Part shown: positions 44,515 through 55,261 of the stretch, one piece after another | Layout: every line of letters starts with the position of its first letter | Position numbering within the stretch: position 1 is the stretch's first letter | Assembly (NCBI GenBank): GCA_029860045.1 | Contig: JAOUBY010000005.1 | Location: forward strand, 1 to 60,741 | From: Gammaproteobacteria bacterium | GTDB taxonomy: Bacteria > Pseudomonadota > Gammaproteobacteria > UBA9214 | Direction of reading: 5' to 3' | Length of the DNA stretch: 60,741 nucleotides | Position numbers and translations under genes: made by a program | The notes under the pieces: model-generated | What the model was told of the DNA's origin: nothing | The model's database searches: none | What the model saw: only the letters and a program-made list of their open reading frames with translations

Positions 44515-46878
44515 TTACTCCCGCGTCTTCAGGACACCGATCAGGTCCAGCCGGTTCAGTTTACGCCAAAGCAGCGCTCCGGAGACAATGGCTGAGGCCA
44601 GCACCACGCTGGCAGCGAACGCGACCGTGTCGGCCTCCAGCACCAGCGGCACACGATACAGGTCGGAGCGGAATGCGTTTGACAGGTAGCGGCACAACTC
44701 GCGACCAAACAGGTAACCCAGCGGCAGCGCCAGCAGGGTGGCTACTGCCAGTTCGCCCAGCAGGATGTAGGCAACCTCGCCACGGGTAAACCCGAGTACA
44801 CGCAGGCTGGCCAGCTCACGATCGCGCTCTGACAGTGCGATGCGGGCACTGTTATAGACCACACCAAAGGCAATGGCAGCCCCCAGCAGGGCCGTCACAA
44901 AGGAAAAAAACAGGATGGTCTCTTCCATGGTCTTGTGGAAGCTGCGGATCGCCGTCTCACGCACAACCGTGCCGGCAACCCGCGGCATGCCGTCCAGCTC
45001 GCGATAGATACGCTCACTGTGTCGCTCATCGATATCGAGGTAGGCCGCGTTGATTGCATCCCCCTCTTTCAGCAGGCGGTTGACGCTCGCACGCCGCATG
45101 TAGGCCGAGACACCCAGGTATTCGCTGGTCAGCCCGACCACCGGAACTTCCAGTACCGGCCGGTTACCTTCCAGCACTTCCACGGTCAGCTGTTCACCTG
45201 GTTCAATATCCAGCAGCTCGGCAAGAAAATCGGTCAGCACCACCCCCTGTTCCGGCAGCTCCACACGATCGAGGTCGGCATCAAGGATACGACGCAATGT
45301 GCCATCCGGCTCCATGCCCTGAATCGAACCACGGTAGCTGCGGTGTTCGAAACGAAGACGGGCCGGAACCGCGCGCATACCCTCTGCATGCAGTACGCCT
45401 TCCAGACCGGCAAGCGAGTACAGGGCATGTTGCGAGGTCGGTTCGGAAAAACTCACCGTCAGGTCCTGGCTCTGGCTCATGGCGTACTGCACGTCGATCA
45501 TGTAGCTCACTGCATCCTTCTGGAAGTTGGCCACCATGATAATGCCGCAAGCTGCTGCAATACCGCCGACCGACAGCAGGGACTTCAACGGACGTCGCTC
45601 CATGTGGCGTGCGATCATGCGCGTGGGCTGGGAAAACAGGCGTTGCAGGCCAAGCCGCTCGATGAGGGTTTCGTGGTAAACGGTCGGCATTTCCGGACGC
45701 ATGGCTTCCGCCGGTGGTAACTGCACCGCACGACGCACCGCCAGTACCGTACCGGTCATGCCCGCAACGAGACTGACAAGGGTCGCCAGCAAGACTACGT
45801 CGGTATGCAGATGGTAGACGGTAAACGGAAACTTGTAAAATTCCATGTACAGCGTACTCAGCCCCTTGCCCATCCAGGCACCTGCGGCAACCCCACCAGC
45901 GAGTCCGAGCATCACAATCACCAGGACCAGCGCGGCGTAGTGCCGTCCGACAGACAGGTTGCTGTAACCGAATGCCTTGAGTATCGCGATCTGATTGCGC
46001 TGGGTATTGACCAGCCGGGTAATGACCACGTTCAGCAGGAATGCAGCAACACCGAGAAAAATGACCGGAAACACAGCCGCCATGGTCTCAAGGCCCTTGA
46101 GTTCCTCGGAAAGAAAGCGGTGAGAAATCTGGTCCTTGCGCGCATAGGCACCCTGCCCGCCATTACGTGCGATGATCTGGTCAATGTGCTGGATCACATT
46201 TTCGGCATTCGCACCTTCTGCCAGCGTGAAGCTGACATCGTTGAAAGCGCCCTCCATGTTGTAGGCCGCAGCCAGCGCCGCACGACCCATCCATACAATG
46301 CCGTAACGCTTGAAATCCGGGAATACCGCCCCCGGTGCAATTGCATACATGTATTCAGGAGACATGGCCACGCCGACAATGGTCAGTTGCTTGCGCCGAC
46401 CATTGATTGTCGCCGTCAGGTAATCGCCCGGCTGCAAACCGTGTTCACCGGCAAAGCTGTCATTGATCAGGACTTCATCATCACGGCCCGCCTCGACCAG
46501 GCGGCCGCGGCGCAGGTGCAGTGAATTCAGTTCCGGTGGCCGATTTTCAGGTATCGACACCAGTGTCCCGATGACCGGGTCGGCGAACCCGGGCACCTTG
46601 ATGCGCGCCGCGGCTACCACGCGCGTCTGCACACGCTCTACACCGGGAACTGCCAGCAGGCGGCCGACGAGCGTGTCGGGGGCCCGTTTTAACAAGGCAA
46701 ATACGTCTGCAAAGCGCTGCTCACGGTAATAGTCGTCGCGAGCTATCAGCAGCGTATCGTAAGTTGACAGCGACATTACAAACGTAGCAACACCACCGAC
46801 CTGCACCAGGGCAATCGCCAGCACCATGCCGCGCATCTCCAGCAGGTCACGCCACAGTTTCCAGTTCAGGGCGCGCAT
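44515..46878 (-). CDS. ABC transporter permease (double FtsX/MacB type)
   Basis: KLWRDL N-terminus. Two FtsX domains (IAILKAFGYS; ELASLRVLGFT). Confidence 0.92.
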   Translation of the reverse strand: MRALNWKLWRDLLEMRGMVLAIALVQVGGVATFVMSLSTYDTLLIARDDYYREQRFADVFALLKRAPDTLVGRLLAVPGVERVQTRVVAAARIKVPGFADPVIGTLVSIPENRPPELNSLHLRRGRLVEAGRDDEVLINDSFAGEHGLQPGDYLTATINGRRKQLTIVGVAMSPEYMYAIAPGAVFPDFKRYGIVWMGRAALAAAYNMEGAFNDVSFTLAEGANAENVIQHIDQIIARNGGQGAYARKDQISHRFLSEELKGLETMAAVFPVIFLGVAAFLLNVVITRLVNTQRNQIAILKAFGYSNLSVGRHYAALVLVIVMLGLAGGVAAGAWMGKGLSTLYMEFYKFPFTVYHLHTDVVLLATLVSLVAGMTGTVLAVRRAVQLPPAEAMRPEMPTVYHETLIERLGLQRLFSQPTRMIARHMERRPLKSLLSVGGIAAACGIIMVANFQKDAVSYMIDVQYAMSQSQDLTVSFSEPTSQHALYSLAGLEGVLHAEGMRAVPARLRFEHRSYRGSIQGMEPDGTLRRILDADLDRVELPEQGVVLTDFLAELLDIEPGEQLTVEVLEGNRPVLEVPVVGLTSEYLGVSAYMRRASVNRLLKEGDAINAAYLDIDERHSERIYRELDGMPRVAGTVVRETAIRSFHKTMEETILFFSFVTALLGAAIAFGVVYNSARIALSERDRELASLRVLGFTRGEVAYILLGELAVATLLALPLGYLFGRELCRYLSNAFRSDLYRVPLVLEADTVAFAASVVLASAIVSGALLWRKLNRLDLIGVLKTRE

Positions 46879-46880
46879 GC

Positions 46881-47627
46881 CTACCAGCTCAGCTCGCTGG
46901 CCTGCTTGCGCGTCACGTTACGCTGCTCGGAGCCGATCCGGCCATCCATGATATGCACCACACGGTCGGCCATGTCGGCAATACCGGCATTGTGCGTAAT
47001 CAGCGCCGTGGTAGTGCCGAGTTCACGATTGGCACGTTCCAGCGCCTCCAGCACCAGCACACCGGTCTCCGAGTCGAGTGCGCCGGTCGGCTCATCACAC
47101 AGCAACACGGCCGGGTTCTTGGCAACGGCACGGGCAATTGCTACACGCTGCTGCTCACCACCGGACAGCTGCGCCGGGAAGTGATCCATTCGATCCTGCA
47201 GGTTCACCAGCGCCAGTGCATCCTCCGGCGTCATCGGGTCACGTGCAATCTCGGTCACGGCCGCGACATTCTCACGCGCCGTCAGGCTGGGCATCAGGTT
47301 ATAGAACTGGAATACAAAACCGACATGGTAACGACGATACTCGGTCAGGCGGCGCTCATCGGCATGGGTCAGGTCCTGATCACGGTAGTGGACTGAGCCG
47401 TCACTGGCAGTATCCAGGCCACCGAGGATATTCAGCAGGGTGGACTTGCCACTGCCGGACGGACCCAGCAAGACCATCAGCTCACCGGCAAGCAGATCAA
47501 GGTCGACACCGCGCAGTGCATGCACGTCGACCTCGCCCATGTGATAGACCTTGGTCAGGCCACGCACCCGAAACACGGTCTGCGCATCGGACTCCGCAGC
47601 TACTGGAGTACTGTTCATTGCACACAT
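46881..47627 (-). CDS. ABC transporter ATP-binding protein (LolD/MacB-like)
   Basis: [28 protein letters not shown]. Confidence 0.95.
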   Translation of the reverse strand: MCAMNSTPVAAESDAQTVFRVRGLTKVYHMGEVDVHALRGVDLDLLAGELMVLLGPSGSGKSTLLNILGGLDTASDGSVHYRDQDLTHADERRLTEYRRYHVGFVFQFYNLMPSLTARENVAAVTEIARDPMTPEDALALVNLQDRMDHFPAQLSGGEQQRVAIARAVAKNPAVLLCDEPTGALDSETGVLVLEALERANRELGTTTALITHNAGIADMADRVVHIMDGRIGSEQRNVTRKQASELSW

Positions 47628-47680
47628 ATTCGCCACTGTTGACTACCCGACCAGCATAGTCAACTGCAGCGGGAACGTGT

Positions 47681-47694
47681 TTGAGGCAGATCAA
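47681..47694. promoter_or_regulatory. FNR-type box between the ABC operon and rhomboid
   Basis: TTGAG-GCAG-ATCAA. Minus-strand TATGCT at 47658-47653. Confidence 0.55.
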
Positions 47695-47743
47695 TACCGG
47701 GGCATACTGGAAAAAGGGATACCCAGCCGCTACCGTGGCGGTC

Positions 47744-48391
47744 ATGTCACACTGGAAACAACCACCGGGCAAACACCCCTCTTTTCGCCGCAGCGCACTG
47801 GCCGCACTGGCATTTATCGCCTTGCTCTGGCTATTCGAGCTACTTGACCGCACGCTCGGTCTGCAGCTTTACCGCTTCGGCGTGTACCCGCATGCGCTCG
47901 AAGGTCTTGTCGGAATCCTGTTCGCGCCACTGATTCATGGCTCGTGGGGTCACCTGCTGTCCAACAGCTTTGCACTGCTGATCCTGCTGACTGCGCTGTT
48001 GTACGGCTACCCGCGCTCGGCACGGCCGGCACTGACGTTCATCTACGCGGGCTCGGGACTGGGCGTATGGCTGTTTGCCCGCGAGAGCTATCACTTCGGA
48101 GCCAGCGGGCTGACACATGGCATCATGTTTTATGTCTTCACCAGTGGCATCCTGCGCCGTGACCGGCCCTCGATTGCACTGTCTCTGATCGTGTTTTTCA
48201 TCTACGGCAGCATGATCTGGAGCATCTTCCCGCAGGAGCCGGGCATCTCCTACGAAAGTCATTTCTTCGGTGCGCTATGCGGCGTGCTTGCCGCATTCCT
48301 GTTCGCCCGGCGCGATCCGCCAGCAGCGGAGAAGCACTATGACTGGGAGGATGAAGAAGACCCGGACGAAGCCGGCGAACAACGGCACTAG
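47744..48391 (+). CDS. Rhomboid-family intramembrane serine protease
   Basis: H...HL.SN, GASG catalytic Ser, ESH..G catalytic His. Confidence 0.9.
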   Translation: MSHWKQPPGKHPSFRRSALAALAFIALLWLFELLDRTLGLQLYRFGVYPHALEGLVGILFAPLIHGSWGHLLSNSFALLILLTALLYGYPRSARPALTFIYAGSGLGVWLFARESYHFGASGLTHGIMFYVFTSGILRRDRPSIALSLIVFFIYGSMIWSIFPQEPGISYESHFFGALCGVLAAFLFARRDPPAAEKHYDWEDEEDPDEAGEQRH

Positions 48392-49575
48392 CCCGGCTGA
48401 CCGTCGACGCGCGGCCGCAACCACATCGGCAGGTAGACCAACAGCAACAGCGTAAAGGACAGCATCCACAGCACCTGCGAAATTCCGATCCACAGCGTGT
48501 AATGGCCTGCATCCAGCAACGGCAACAGGACACGTACCAGTGTGCCAATCAACATAATACTGATCACCTGCGCCACCACCGGCGGCGCCTTGAGACTGCG
48601 GCCGGTATGGCCCAGCGTGACGCGTGCCATCATGCCCAGCGTGAACAGGCCAATGCCACCATAGGTGAAGGCATGCAGGGCAATAAACGGGGAAATACCG
48701 GTTACGAACACGGCGGCCTTGAGCGCAAAACCCACCACCAGCCAGCCGTAACCGAGGTACAACACAGCCAGCAGCGGCACCTTGAAGATACCACTGACAT
48801 ACCAGCCCGTCAGGCGCAGCACATGCAGGAAAAACAGCGCCCCCGCCAGTACCGCGACCAGCAGGCTGTCCGGTTGCAGCACATCCGCGAGCCAGAACAC
48901 CACGAACAGCAGCAGGCTGGTGATATCAAGCCAGGCACGATTGGTGAGTGTGACCGGATGCCCCATGCCGTTTTCGATAAAAAATGGCAGCACGCGGCGC
49001 GCCATGACAAAGATCAGCGCCATCACCAGGTAGACGCCCGAGTAGAGACCGATCTGCACCCCATCGGGGTAGTACCCCAGCAGTCCGGCATAGAACAGCA
49101 GGTTGCTGCACAGTAACAGCACGATCTTGGACAGTATCCCCAGCTGCTTCCACTGGCGCACCTTGAATATCGGGCAGGCCAGCGCCAGCACCAGACCCAC
49201 ACCAAAGGCACAGTCGGCCATAGCGGCCCAGTACAACGGCACATGACTACCGGCCAGCAACAACACGCGTCCCGCCAACCACGCCACCACCAGCAGCAAC
49301 AGGGGCAAACCACGCAGGGTCTGCACACCGGTCCAGTTTTTCACGGCGGTTAGCAGGAAACCGGCGATAACAGCCATGGCATAGCCAAACACCATTTCAT
49401 GGGCATGCCAGACAAGGGGGGACAGTTGCTGCTGCGGCCACGGCCAATCCAGCACGTACACGCCCAGCCAGATCAGCACCGCGACCACGGAAAACACGGT
49501 GGCAACAGTAAAAAACGGGCGGAAACCGAGATTCAGCAGGGCCGTGTTACGGGAAGCAGACGACACGTCAGGCAC
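48388..49575 (-). CDS. nnrS: NnrS NO-response membrane protein
   Basis: GFRPFF, WHAHEM.FGY..AVIAGFLLTAV.NWTG, R.LPFF, HA.T.G, MARV.LGHTGR, PR.DG.PG. Start uncertain. Confidence 0.93.
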   Translation of the reverse strand: MPDVSSASRNTALLNLGFRPFFTVATVFSVVAVLIWLGVYVLDWPWPQQQLSPLVWHAHEMVFGYAMAVIAGFLLTAVKNWTGVQTLRGLPLLLLVVAWLAGRVLLLAGSHVPLYWAAMADCAFGVGLVLALACPIFKVRQWKQLGILSKIVLLLCSNLLFYAGLLGYYPDGVQIGLYSGVYLVMALIFVMARRVLPFFIENGMGHPVTLTNRAWLDITSLLLFVVFWLADVLQPDSLLVAVLAGALFFLHVLRLTGWYVSGIFKVPLLAVLYLGYGWLVVGFALKAAVFVTGISPFIALHAFTYGGIGLFTLGMMARVTLGHTGRSLKAPPVVAQVISIMLIGTLVRVLLPLLDAGHYTLWIGISQVLWMLSFTLLLLVYLPMWLRPRVDGQPG

Positions 49576-49712
49576 TGGGCGCCTGTGGCCCCGGTTTGCA
49601 GGCAACCTGCACCGACAGGGCATATCCGAAATCGGGGGAACTGTAACGCATGGCGCTCATCACCAGCCTGGAGACCGCCGCATGCAGGGCGATACCGCCA
49701 GTACAAACACTA

Positions 49713-50255
49713 TCAGGCGCTTTTATGACCCGCATGCGGCCTGCGCGTCACCACCACCTGGCGCAGGATCATGCCAAAAATCATCAACACCCCGGTGGCA
49801 ATCAGCAAACCAAGCGCAAACCCGCCCATGCCGGCATGCGCCGGTGTCAGCAGCAGGTGCGACATGCCCTGATAGATCGCAAGACTGCCAAAGGCAGCAT
49901 GGCCGAGCCAGGCGTTGTACCCGATTGCCACGGCAATCACCACCACGGCCAGCAGGAACAGGATCGCGCCGACAACAGGCAGTTGCGGAATAGCGAAGCT
50001 CAACATGCCCAGCAGACTGCCGGCAGCAAACAACGCCAGGAAGAACAGTACATCGCGCACACCATGATCGCCGCCGCGTGCCGCCCAGTAACCGGCAGCA
50101 ATCGCCACCAGCAGGTGATCCAGACCAGAGGCCGGATGCATGAAGCCATCAATCAGTCCGGTGCTGGTATGCAGCCCGCCATGTGCAAGTGCATAGGGCG
50201 CGACCAACAGGATAAACAGTGCCAGTACAGTAGTGTGAATGATTCTCAGTTGCAT
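49713..50255 (-). CDS. hupE: HupE/UreJ nickel permease
   Basis: ALAHGG...GF.HP..GLDHLL..A.G.WA. Confidence 0.88.
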   Translation of the reverse strand: MQLRIIHTTVLALFILLVAPYALAHGGLHTSTGLIDGFMHPASGLDHLLVAIAAGYWAARGGDHGVRDVLFFLALFAAGSLLGMLSFAIPQLPVVGAILFLLAVVVIAVAIGYNAWLGHAAFGSLAIYQGMSHLLLTPAHAGMGGFALGLLIATGVLMIFGMILRQVVVTRRPHAGHKSA

Positions 50256-50332
50256 CAGGTACTCCGGTTGCTGTGCTTGTTATCGGGCCAGGCCGTCTTC
50301 GCGCTCAAACACCTATATATCGGGCAACCCGG

Positions 50333-52054
50333 TTAGCGCACCTTGACCTGGATCAATTCCTCGCCATTCGGGTCCGTCACATGTACCGCACAGGCGATAC
50401 AGGGATCAAAACTGTGAATGGTGCGCAGGATCTCGATCGGCTGCTGCGGATCATGCAGGGTATGGTTGTCCTGCAGGGCCGCCTCGTAGGCCCCGGGCTG
50501 ACCGCTCTGGTCGCGCGGCCCCGCATTCCAGGTACTTGGTACGACCGCCTGGTAATTCTTGATCTTTTGATCCTCGATCACGATCCAGTGTGCCAGGCCA
50601 CCGCGCGGCGCCTCCATGAAGCCGACGCCTTTCGCCTGGGCCGGCCACGTCTCCGGCTCCCACAGTTTCTCGTTGAAGGTCTTCGTGTCACCGGCCTTGA
50701 TATTGGCCACCAGGTTGTTGAACCAGGTCTGCATCATGTCACCAATAACCTTGGTCTCCAGTCCGCGCGCAGCAGTGCGGCCGAGTGTCGAGAACAGCGC
50801 CTCAACCGGCACGTCTAGCTTGTTCAGGGTCATGTGAACCAGTTCCTTTGTCTGGTCGTGACCGTTGGCGTACAGCATGAGGACCCGCGCCAGCGGACCG
50901 ACCTCCATGGCGTGCCCCTTCCAGCGTGGCGACTTCAGCCAGGAATAGGACTGATCCACATCGAGTTGGTCGTATGGCGGCGTCGGTCCGGAGTAATTCA
51001 GGTTGGTTTCACCGTCATAGGGGTGCAGTGAGCCGTCCTTGCCATTGCTGTAGTCATAGTACGAGTGCGCAACCTGTTCCTGGATCTCTTCGGCGGCATT
51101 CATATCCACCTCGTGAATGGTGGAAAGATCGCGATTGAGGATAGCACCGCCGGGAATCAGGAAACTGGCCGGGTCGTCCATACCCTTCTCGGGGAAATCG
51201 CCATAGGTGAGGAAATTGCCCAGACCCTCGCCGCGTGCGCCCCAGTCCTTGTAAAAACCGGCGATCGCGAGCAGATCCGGTATGTAGACCTGCTCGACAA
51301 AGGTATTCATCTTGTTGATGATCTCCTGCACCTGCGCCAGCCGCTTCGCGTTAATGGCAGAATCGGAATTGAGATCAATCGGACAGGCTACACCACCAAC
51401 CAGGAAATTCGGATGTGGATTCTTGCCGCCAAAGATGGCATGCAACTTGGCCACATCACGCTGCCATGTCAGCGCCTCCAGGTAATGCGACACCGCCATC
51501 AGGTTGGCCTCCGGCGGCAACTTGTAGGCCGGATGCCCCCAGTATCCCTGCGCGAAAATACCCAGCTGACCGGCCTCGACGAAGTCCTTGAGCTTCTTCT
51601 TCATGTCGGCGAAATAGCCGGGTGAGGACTTCGGATAACTGCTGAGGGACTGTGCCAGCGTGGAAGTCGCAGCCGGGTCGGCATTCAGTGCGGACACCAC
51701 GTCCACCCAGTCCAGCGCATGCAGGTGATAGAAGTGCATCACATGATCGTGCACATACTGTGCGCCGTTCATGAGATTGCGAATCAATTGTGCATTCGGT
51801 GGAATGGTGTAGTTCAGCGCATTTTCCACCGATCGAATCGAGGCCAGCCCGTGCACCAGCGTACACACGCCGCAGATGCGTTGCGCAAAAGCCCAGGCGT
51901 CACGTGGATCGCGCCCCTGCAGAATGATCTCGATGCCGCGCACCATGGTGCCGGCCGAGTAGGCCTGGGCAATGCGATTGCCTTCCATCTGCGCCTCGAT
52001 GCGCAGGTGGCCCTCGATGCGGGTAATCGGATCAACGACGACACGTTCACTCAT
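50333..52054 (-). CDS. hynL: [NiFe]-hydrogenase large subunit (group 1e, Isp-type)
   Basis: RVVVDPITRIEGH, QRICGVC (L1), SFDPCIACAVH (L2) plus a cleavable tail. Confidence 0.96.
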   Translation of the reverse strand: MSERVVVDPITRIEGHLRIEAQMEGNRIAQAYSAGTMVRGIEIILQGRDPRDAWAFAQRICGVCTLVHGLASIRSVENALNYTIPPNAQLIRNLMNGAQYVHDHVMHFYHLHALDWVDVVSALNADPAATSTLAQSLSSYPKSSPGYFADMKKKLKDFVEAGQLGIFAQGYWGHPAYKLPPEANLMAVSHYLEALTWQRDVAKLHAIFGGKNPHPNFLVGGVACPIDLNSDSAINAKRLAQVQEIINKMNTFVEQVYIPDLLAIAGFYKDWGARGEGLGNFLTYGDFPEKGMDDPASFLIPGGAILNRDLSTIHEVDMNAAEEIQEQVAHSYYDYSNGKDGSLHPYDGETNLNYSGPTPPYDQLDVDQSYSWLKSPRWKGHAMEVGPLARVLMLYANGHDQTKELVHMTLNKLDVPVEALFSTLGRTAARGLETKVIGDMMQTWFNNLVANIKAGDTKTFNEKLWEPETWPAQAKGVGFMEAPRGGLAHWIVIEDQKIKNYQAVVPSTWNAGPRDQSGQPGAYEAALQDNHTLHDPQQPIEILRTIHSFDPCIACAVHVTDPNGEELIQVKVR

Positions 52055-52150
52055 AACAACTCCTCGATTAATGCAGGGGCCACAGCTGCCCCTGTAAATA
52101 TTTGCGCCTGCAGAGCCTTTTCTCGCAAAGGCGAGAGCGTTCCTCTTTGC

Positions 52151-53410
52151 TCAATCTTCCGCCAGGTGCTCCGCCAGTGTTTCCGTCAGGCTCAGTACCG
52201 TGATATCCATGCCATTTTCTTCCAGCCCTTCCTCCAGGTGAATACGGCAGTTGGAGCAGGCCGACACCAGCGCATCCGGCTTCACCGCATCCAGCTGCGC
52301 CTGCTTGCGCCTGAATACCTTAAGGCGCAGATCATCGGCACGCTCGTTACTGCTGACACCACCGCCGGCGCCGCAACACCAGTTCATGGTGCCTGAGTCC
52401 GGCATCTCGACGAAATCATCTGCAATCATGTCTATCAGGTTGCGCGGCTGCTCCACCACACCACCACGGCGCGAGATCTGGCAGGGATCGTGATAGGTCA
52501 GGCGCTGTGATTCCTTACCGGTTGTCTTCAGACGTCCCTGCTTGCGCAGGTCATCGAGCAACTCCAGGATATGCACCACCTTGAAGTTATACGGCTTGCC
52601 CACCAGGTTAGGACCTTCCCAGCGTATCGCCATGTAGGCATGGCCACATTCAGGGCTGATGACATTTTTCACCTTGAGCTTGTCTGCTGCATCTACAATG
52701 CGCTGCACCAGCTCCGCGGCAATCTCGGACACACCGATCTGGATACCGCTATTGGTGGCCTCGAAGGCCTCGGAGGAAATCGTCCAGCTCACCCCTGCCT
52801 TGTTGAATATTTTCGCAACAGCACCAATGAACTCCGGGAAATTCATGATCTCCATGGACGACAGTAGCAACATGTAGTCCGCGCCTTCCACATCCACCGG
52901 GATCTCCAGGCCGATGTCCTTTTCCGCATGGCGGATCTGGGCCTGCAGCGCCGGCAGTTTCACACCCATCGGACTGCCGATGGTCACCGCACGCTTGGTG
53001 GCACCGATCAGACCTTCCGGTGCATGTCCCGAGGCGGCCATGCCCTCACGCATCTTGCGAATCATGTAGGTAATGTCATTGCCGACCGGACATACCATGG
53101 AACAGCGCCCGCACATGGTGCAGCTGTCGTAGACCAGGGTTTCCCACTTCTCCAGCTCTTCATCGGTCACCGGCTTGCTGAGGCCGAATGCCTTCGCATA
53201 ACGCCCCCAGAAGGTATATTCCTGCTGCCAGACGCGGCGCAGGGGCTCCAGCTTGTGAATCGGCGTGCGTGTCGGGCATCCGGTCTCGGTATAGAACAGG
53301 CAGGCGTCCGCACACAATCCACAACGCACGCAACTGCTGAAGAATGCGGCCACCGGTGCGTCGATCTGTTCCTTGAACGCATCAATACCTCGTTGCAGAC
53401 TTGCGCTCAT
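52151..53410 (-). CDS. isp2: Isp2 Fe-S heterodisulfide-reductase-like (CCG) subunit
   Basis: CVRCGLCADAC, CTMCGRCSMVCP, ECGH, HDPC, CCG.GGG, CSNC. Lies between hynS and hynL. Confidence 0.9.
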   Translation of the reverse strand: MSASLQRGIDAFKEQIDAPVAAFFSSCVRCGLCADACLFYTETGCPTRTPIHKLEPLRRVWQQEYTFWGRYAKAFGLSKPVTDEELEKWETLVYDSCTMCGRCSMVCPVGNDITYMIRKMREGMAASGHAPEGLIGATKRAVTIGSPMGVKLPALQAQIRHAEKDIGLEIPVDVEGADYMLLLSSMEIMNFPEFIGAVAKIFNKAGVSWTISSEAFEATNSGIQIGVSEIAAELVQRIVDAADKLKVKNVISPECGHAYMAIRWEGPNLVGKPYNFKVVHILELLDDLRKQGRLKTTGKESQRLTYHDPCQISRRGGVVEQPRNLIDMIADDFVEMPDSGTMNWCCGAGGGVSSNERADDLRLKVFRRKQAQLDAVKPDALVSACSNCRIHLEEGLEENGMDITVLSLTETLAEHLAED

Positions 53411-54066
53411 GAGTTGACCCCCCTGTAACCGGAAATTGCCCCGTTGTAATAACGTGCCAGAAACAGCGTGAATGCATGCATCAGCTTGGTGAACGGAAAC
53501 ACCACCATCAGTAACTCCACACTGGCAATGTGAACGGCAATCAGCAGCGGCGGCGTCAGCCCGATGCGATGAAATGCGAAATAACCGGTCACCAGCGGCA
53601 GGATCGTCACCAGCCAGACCAGGTAATCCTGGAAGCGCGACAGGTAACGCATCACCTTGTGGTTGATACGATGCAGCAGCACGGCGACCAGCGCGATCAT
53701 GGTGACCACGGTCACCGCATCAATGAACTGCGTCGGCAGGGCTGGCCAACTGACCCCGAAGGCATCGTCAAACAGCAGGATATGGGGTGCGAAGAAGAAC
53801 AGCGCAATGAAGAACCCGATATGAAAGATATACCCGGCCACAACATTGAAAGTCGAACGCTGCAGCGTATCGCGATTTGGAAACGACCTTGTAATGATGG
53901 TTCGCAGCCCCCCGGCCAGCGCAGAGCCGCGCGGCTCTGCAAGATTCGGCTTGCGGCCCAGCGCCAGTATTTCAAATATCCTCAGCACCCCGCCAAGCAG
54001 AAAAACCACCGTGGCAATCTGCAGCGCCGGCCCGCGTACCCAGATCAACAGTTCAGTCTCAGACAT
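53407..54066 (-). CDS. isp1: Isp1 NarI/DsrM-like cytochrome b membrane subunit
   Basis: Five TM helices. YIFHIG, PHI, HI..VE..FPFTKLMH. Confidence 0.88.
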   Translation of the reverse strand: MSETELLIWVRGPALQIATVVFLLGGVLRIFEILALGRKPNLAEPRGSALAGGLRTIITRSFPNRDTLQRSTFNVVAGYIFHIGFFIALFFFAPHILLFDDAFGVSWPALPTQFIDAVTVVTMIALVAVLLHRINHKVMRYLSRFQDYLVWLVTILPLVTGYFAFHRIGLTPPLLIAVHIASVELLMVVFPFTKLMHAFTLFLARYYNGAISGYRGVNS

Positions 54067-54067
54067 G

Positions 54068-55231
54068 TCAGCCATCCTTCTCCAGGTCATCAATACCGAC
54101 CTTCTGATGCGCCTTCACGGCGCGGGTTTTCTTGGCACGGTTGAGTGCGCCAAGCGCCACGCCGGCTGCAGCACCGGCACCGATGGCATACACGGCGGTG
54201 CGCGAAATATCCTCGGTTGACGTGGAAATGGCCTTGTAGAAACCGCCACCGTCCCAGAAGTCGGGCTCGGAGCAACCCAGGCACGGGTGTCCGGCCTCGA
54301 TCGGGAAGCTGGTGCCTTCGTTCCACTTGGTGGTGGCACATGCGTTGTAGGTAGTGGGTCCCTTGCAGCCCAGCTTGTACAGGCACCAGCCCTTCTTCGC
54401 GCCCTCGTCATCAAAGGTCTCTGCGAACAGGCCCTTGTCATAGTACGGCCTGCGATAACAGCGGTCGTGAATGCTCTTGCCGTAGTAGGCCATCGGTCGG
54501 CCCAGTTCGTCCAGCTCCGGAATAGTCCCGAAGGTCAGGAAGTGCGCCAGCACGCCGGTAATCACTACCGGTATGGGCGGACAACCGGGCACATTGATAA
54601 TCGGCTTGTTCTTTACATCGACATCGGTGCTGTGTGCAGTATATACGGCTGAATGGGTATCCGGCTTCCTGTCACCGTATTGCTGCAGGAGATCGCGTAC
54701 CGACAGTGCGCCAGTCGGGTTCGGATCAGCATGCGGAATACCGCCAAATGCCGCACAGCTGCCGACCGAAACAATCGCTGCTGCACCGGCGGCAGTCTCC
54801 AGCAACATGTCCATGTTGCTGATACCGGCAATGGTGGAATAACCCGGGTCACCCACTGGAATGGAGCCGTCCACCACCAGGATGTACTTGCCCCAGTTTT
54901 CCTCCATCGCGGCCTCGCGCGCCGCCTCGGCCGCGGCACCTGAGGCGGCCTGTAGCGTGTGGTGATAGTCCAGCGAAATAGTATCGAAGATCAGACCTTC
55001 CACGGTTGGCGAATGCGAACGGGTCAACGATTCGGTGCAACCCGTGCATTCCTGGAACGACATCCAGATTACCGAGGGACGGCTGGCCTTTTCCAGTGCT
55101 GCGGCAATCACCGGTACCATCGATGGTGGCAAGGCCATCATGGATGCAGTTGCCGCACAAAATTTCAGGAACCCGCGCCGGGAAACGCCGCGCGCGCGCA
55201 GTGCTTCGCCTATGGTCTGGTCTTTCGACAT
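54068..55231 (-). CDS. hynS: [NiFe]-hydrogenase small subunit (Tat signal)
   Basis: SRRGFLK, ECTGC.ES, GSC...GG, PGCPP, IHDRC.RR, GWCLYKLGCKGP, HPCLGC. C-terminal anchor. Confidence 0.96.
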   Translation of the reverse strand: MSKDQTIGEALRARGVSRRGFLKFCAATASMMALPPSMVPVIAAALEKASRPSVIWMSFQECTGCTESLTRSHSPTVEGLIFDTISLDYHHTLQAASGAAAEAAREAAMEENWGKYILVVDGSIPVGDPGYSTIAGISNMDMLLETAAGAAAIVSVGSCAAFGGIPHADPNPTGALSVRDLLQQYGDRKPDTHSAVYTAHSTDVDVKNKPIINVPGCPPIPVVITGVLAHFLTFGTIPELDELGRPMAYYGKSIHDRCYRRPYYDKGLFAETFDDEGAKKGWCLYKLGCKGPTTYNACATTKWNEGTSFPIEAGHPCLGCSEPDFWDGGGFYKAISTSTEDISRTAVYAIGAGAAAGVALGALNRAKKTRAVKAHQKVGIDDLEKDG

Positions 55232-55261
55232 CGTGTGTCTCCTGTATAAATGTATCTGTCG

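Noticed and set aside
41436-45720. Long plus-strand ORFs (41436-42206, 42579-43235, 44935-45720)
   Set aside because: They lie antisense to well-supported minus-strand genes and show no recognisable motifs.
52072-52150. Hairpins between isp2 and hynL as an RNA element
   Set aside because: Only short stems (GCAGGGGC/GCCCCTGT; CTCGC/GCGAG) with no promoter or recognisable family. At most they are mRNA stability elements.
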